Program-made: the position numbers and the translations under genes
Assembly (NCBI GenBank): GCA_040954595.2
Contig: CM082576.2
Coordinates: 16,973,028 to 17,037,027, forward strand
Direction of reading: 5' to 3'
DNA: 64,000 bases
DNA from: Balanoglossus misakiensis
Taxonomy: Eukaryota; Animalia; Hemichordata
In this document: piece by piece, positions 61,582 through 64,000 of the stretch
How the letters are laid out: every line of letters starts with the position of its first letter
Position numbering within the stretch: position 1 is the stretch's first letter
Notes under the pieces: model-generated
What the model was told of the DNA's origin: nothing
Seen by the model: the letters and a program-made list of their open reading frames with translations, nothing else
Database searches by the model: none

Positions 61582-62560
61582 GAGAATAATGAACGCCCCA
61601 AAGACCCATAATGGACGAAAGCACACATTGTGCGTCATAATATACGAGGCGAAGCCGAGTATATTATGGAGCACAATGTGTGCTTGAGTCCATTATGGGT
61701 CTTTGGGGCGTTCATTATTCTCATTATTTTATAGTTTTGTCAATGCCAGTGAATTTGCAGACTTCAAAAAGTATAGGTGCGAACAATTCAGACTCGGACA
61801 CGGAGATCGAGAACAGAGCAATGGCGTACGCGTAAACAAAAGGTCACCTGATCGCGGTGTATCAGTGTACTGTACATTTCTAGTATCATATTCAAACATC
61901 AGGAAATAAACAATGAAGGTTTATTAACGCATGTGAAAATTCATTCAAGGGTTCTGCTGAAATATATCTGAAAAAGTTTCCATTTTTGTGTAATCTTGGG
62001 GAGGACTCGGGGAATATTTGAATTCGTTTGCGTTCTCAGGAAAGTTCACGTATACGGGCGCTCGGAAGGTTGCAATACATAAACAAACTCGTCCTCGATC
62101 GACCCTTCGTACCGCGTAGACAACATGACAGTGACACTTGCGGCATAATTTTTTTTACGTATAGCTTCGTTGACATGACTGCTTGGTACATGGTACACGG
62201 TATGTATGGTGAACGAATGTCAAATCCAGCATCATCGAGAGGTTTGCTTTACGTGTGGGACCGAGCCATGTTGAGCCCGACATGTACTGCAGCCGTAGGA
62301 AGACAAAATAAACAAAACGCCAGTCGAGGACAGATTTGGAAATTAATAAATATCGCCGTATTTATTCTGTGTACGTTTGCATTTCTTTTTTTAGCCCTCT
62401 AAATGTTCGCATTGTCTGAAAACTTCCGTTATTCAGTCGGAAATTGTACACGTCCACTGGTTCTTGGGTGCGTCGCGCGTCCATCGAATAACACAATACA
62501 TTATCAGTAATAATGTATAGCTATGACGTCACAAAATTCACTGGTATTGATAAAGCTATA
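61582..62560. mobile_element. Hairpin-bearing non-autonomous element
   Basis: Near-perfect 141-bp palindrome 61582-61722 centred on GGCGAAGCC. The adjacent ~28 bp (TATAGTTTTGTCAATGCCAGTGAATTTG) reappears inverted at ~62533-62560. Confidence 0.6.
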
Positions 62561-64000
62561 ATTTAATGGTAAAATATCGTTATGTCTGAAAGTGATGGAC
62601 AGACTTCTTTGGAATTTAATATGAAGCTTTCTTAGGTTGTCTGCGTTACTTTAGTTTTGTTCAAATTGTTGCAAAATTTGCATTTTATAATTTTGAGCAA
62701 TTTTTGCCATTTTTGGTCAAAATTTCTCTAAAACCACATGTCAGATTGCTTTGAAAATAATGTGTGCTGCTACAATTACATGGTTTTCAAAACTAGGGTA
62801 GGTAGTTGGGGAAATTTTTTTTTTTTGAGAATTTTTTTATTTCTGTGGCTGCCATAGTAAAAAAAATGACGTCATAGTCCTTGCGTGGCGCGCGCAATTT
62901 CATCATAATTCTTTGAAATTGCTTGTTGGATTGCTTTGAAATTTGGTAGGAATATTCCTAGGGATAACCAAAGGTTTCTCTGACTGCTTTGTATTTGGGA
63001 CACAAGTTCATACATGTAACAGATACATGTTCAACTTTTATTAAATTCTGATATTATAAATTTTTTCAATATTTAGTGACTTTGTTTTTGGTTGGCAAAA
63101 CTTCTCTTAAACCAATTGTCCCAGTTGTTTTGAAAGTTACTGTTAACAAGGCATTTGGTACCCCCAACTTACATTATTTACACTACATGTTTTCATAACT
63201 ATAATAAGCCAGCTGTAACAGAGATCACCAGGTATTCTATTTTAACTACCAGTGGCAGGTCAGTGAGTGTCTGTCCCAGGACTGACTGAAAGAAGTTGCT
63301 TGTCATGTGCGTTCGTACATACAATGTTTGGTCAAAAATAAATTTATTCTAGCACCACTTGTAAGACTGCAATGACACATGACAGTTTCTGGGCATGTTT
63401 CTTGGTTTTTTTTTTACATTTTCATATTTATATATGGTTAGGTCATATCTGCTTGCCAATGTCATATGTGATTTTTATTCTAGTGTATACATATTTCTGT
63501 GTAATCCTCAAATGGGACAACAGTGTCATTGATGTTATATTTTTTTAAATTGTTTTGTGCGTTATCCACCACAATTTGGATAATTGACTCAATTATGGCA
63601 ATGCTAAGACCACTGGCTTGCTTATTCTCCACTTTTGGTAAAAATCAATCCTGAGAATGTATCTGTCCACTGATAGTGATACAATTTGATTTGATTTCCG
63701 GGATCTTGGGATATGCTCATTTCAATGTCCTAAAATTAGGATGAATACTTCAATGCTGGATTTTGGTTAGTTTTGTGGTCAAACATTCATTTCTCAGAAA
63801 CCATGTCCAATTGCATTTATTTAGGTTGCAGGCAATCTGATTAAAATCAGGTGTAGAGTTAGGTGCTGTTCTGCTCTTGGTGTACGCGCCACTCTACATC
63901 TGAACCTATGCCAAAGAACACCTCATTTTAGCGAATGGATCCATTTGACCAATCACAGAGTGACTTTCCTGACGGTTTGGAACTCAGTGGTCACATGCAC

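Noticed and set aside
63200-63300. Possible LINE RT remnant on the minus strand (VVKIEYLVISV)
   Set aside because: Too short and degenerate to support without a search.

Overview
Eukaryotic (animal) genomic DNA, about 40% GC by eye. The repeat repertoire and gene families suggest a marine invertebrate, but that is inference only. Bases 1-26048 are a 130-bp tandem satellite (about 87 monomers). It is interrupted by a full-length but frameshifted BEL/Pao LTR retrotransposon (774-9366, minus strand), a solo LTR from the same insertion (9892-10800), and five near-identical 1047-bp pogo/Tigger-type non-autonomous transposons. These five have become part of a higher-order repeat whose satellite blocks lengthen steadily (11, 12, 14, 16, ~19 monomers). 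To the right lie an intronless TRIM-NHL reading frame broken by two in-frame stops (26996-29044, minus), an 840-bp tandem duplication over a possible decayed spliced gene, a second ~127-130-bp satellite, AT-rich nested/palindromic repeats, a Mutator-like element and a 5-kb CACTA element. Then comes an intact 7-exon arylsulfatase B-like gene (48475-58294, minus, 499 aa) whose introns hold an RTE-X-like LINE and several DNA transposon derivatives. The two leading hypotheses are (1) that the pogo element periodically seeds CENP-B-box-like motifs into the satellite, and (2) that the BEL element lacks a tRNA primer site and may self-prime. All calls were made by eye; no database searches were run.
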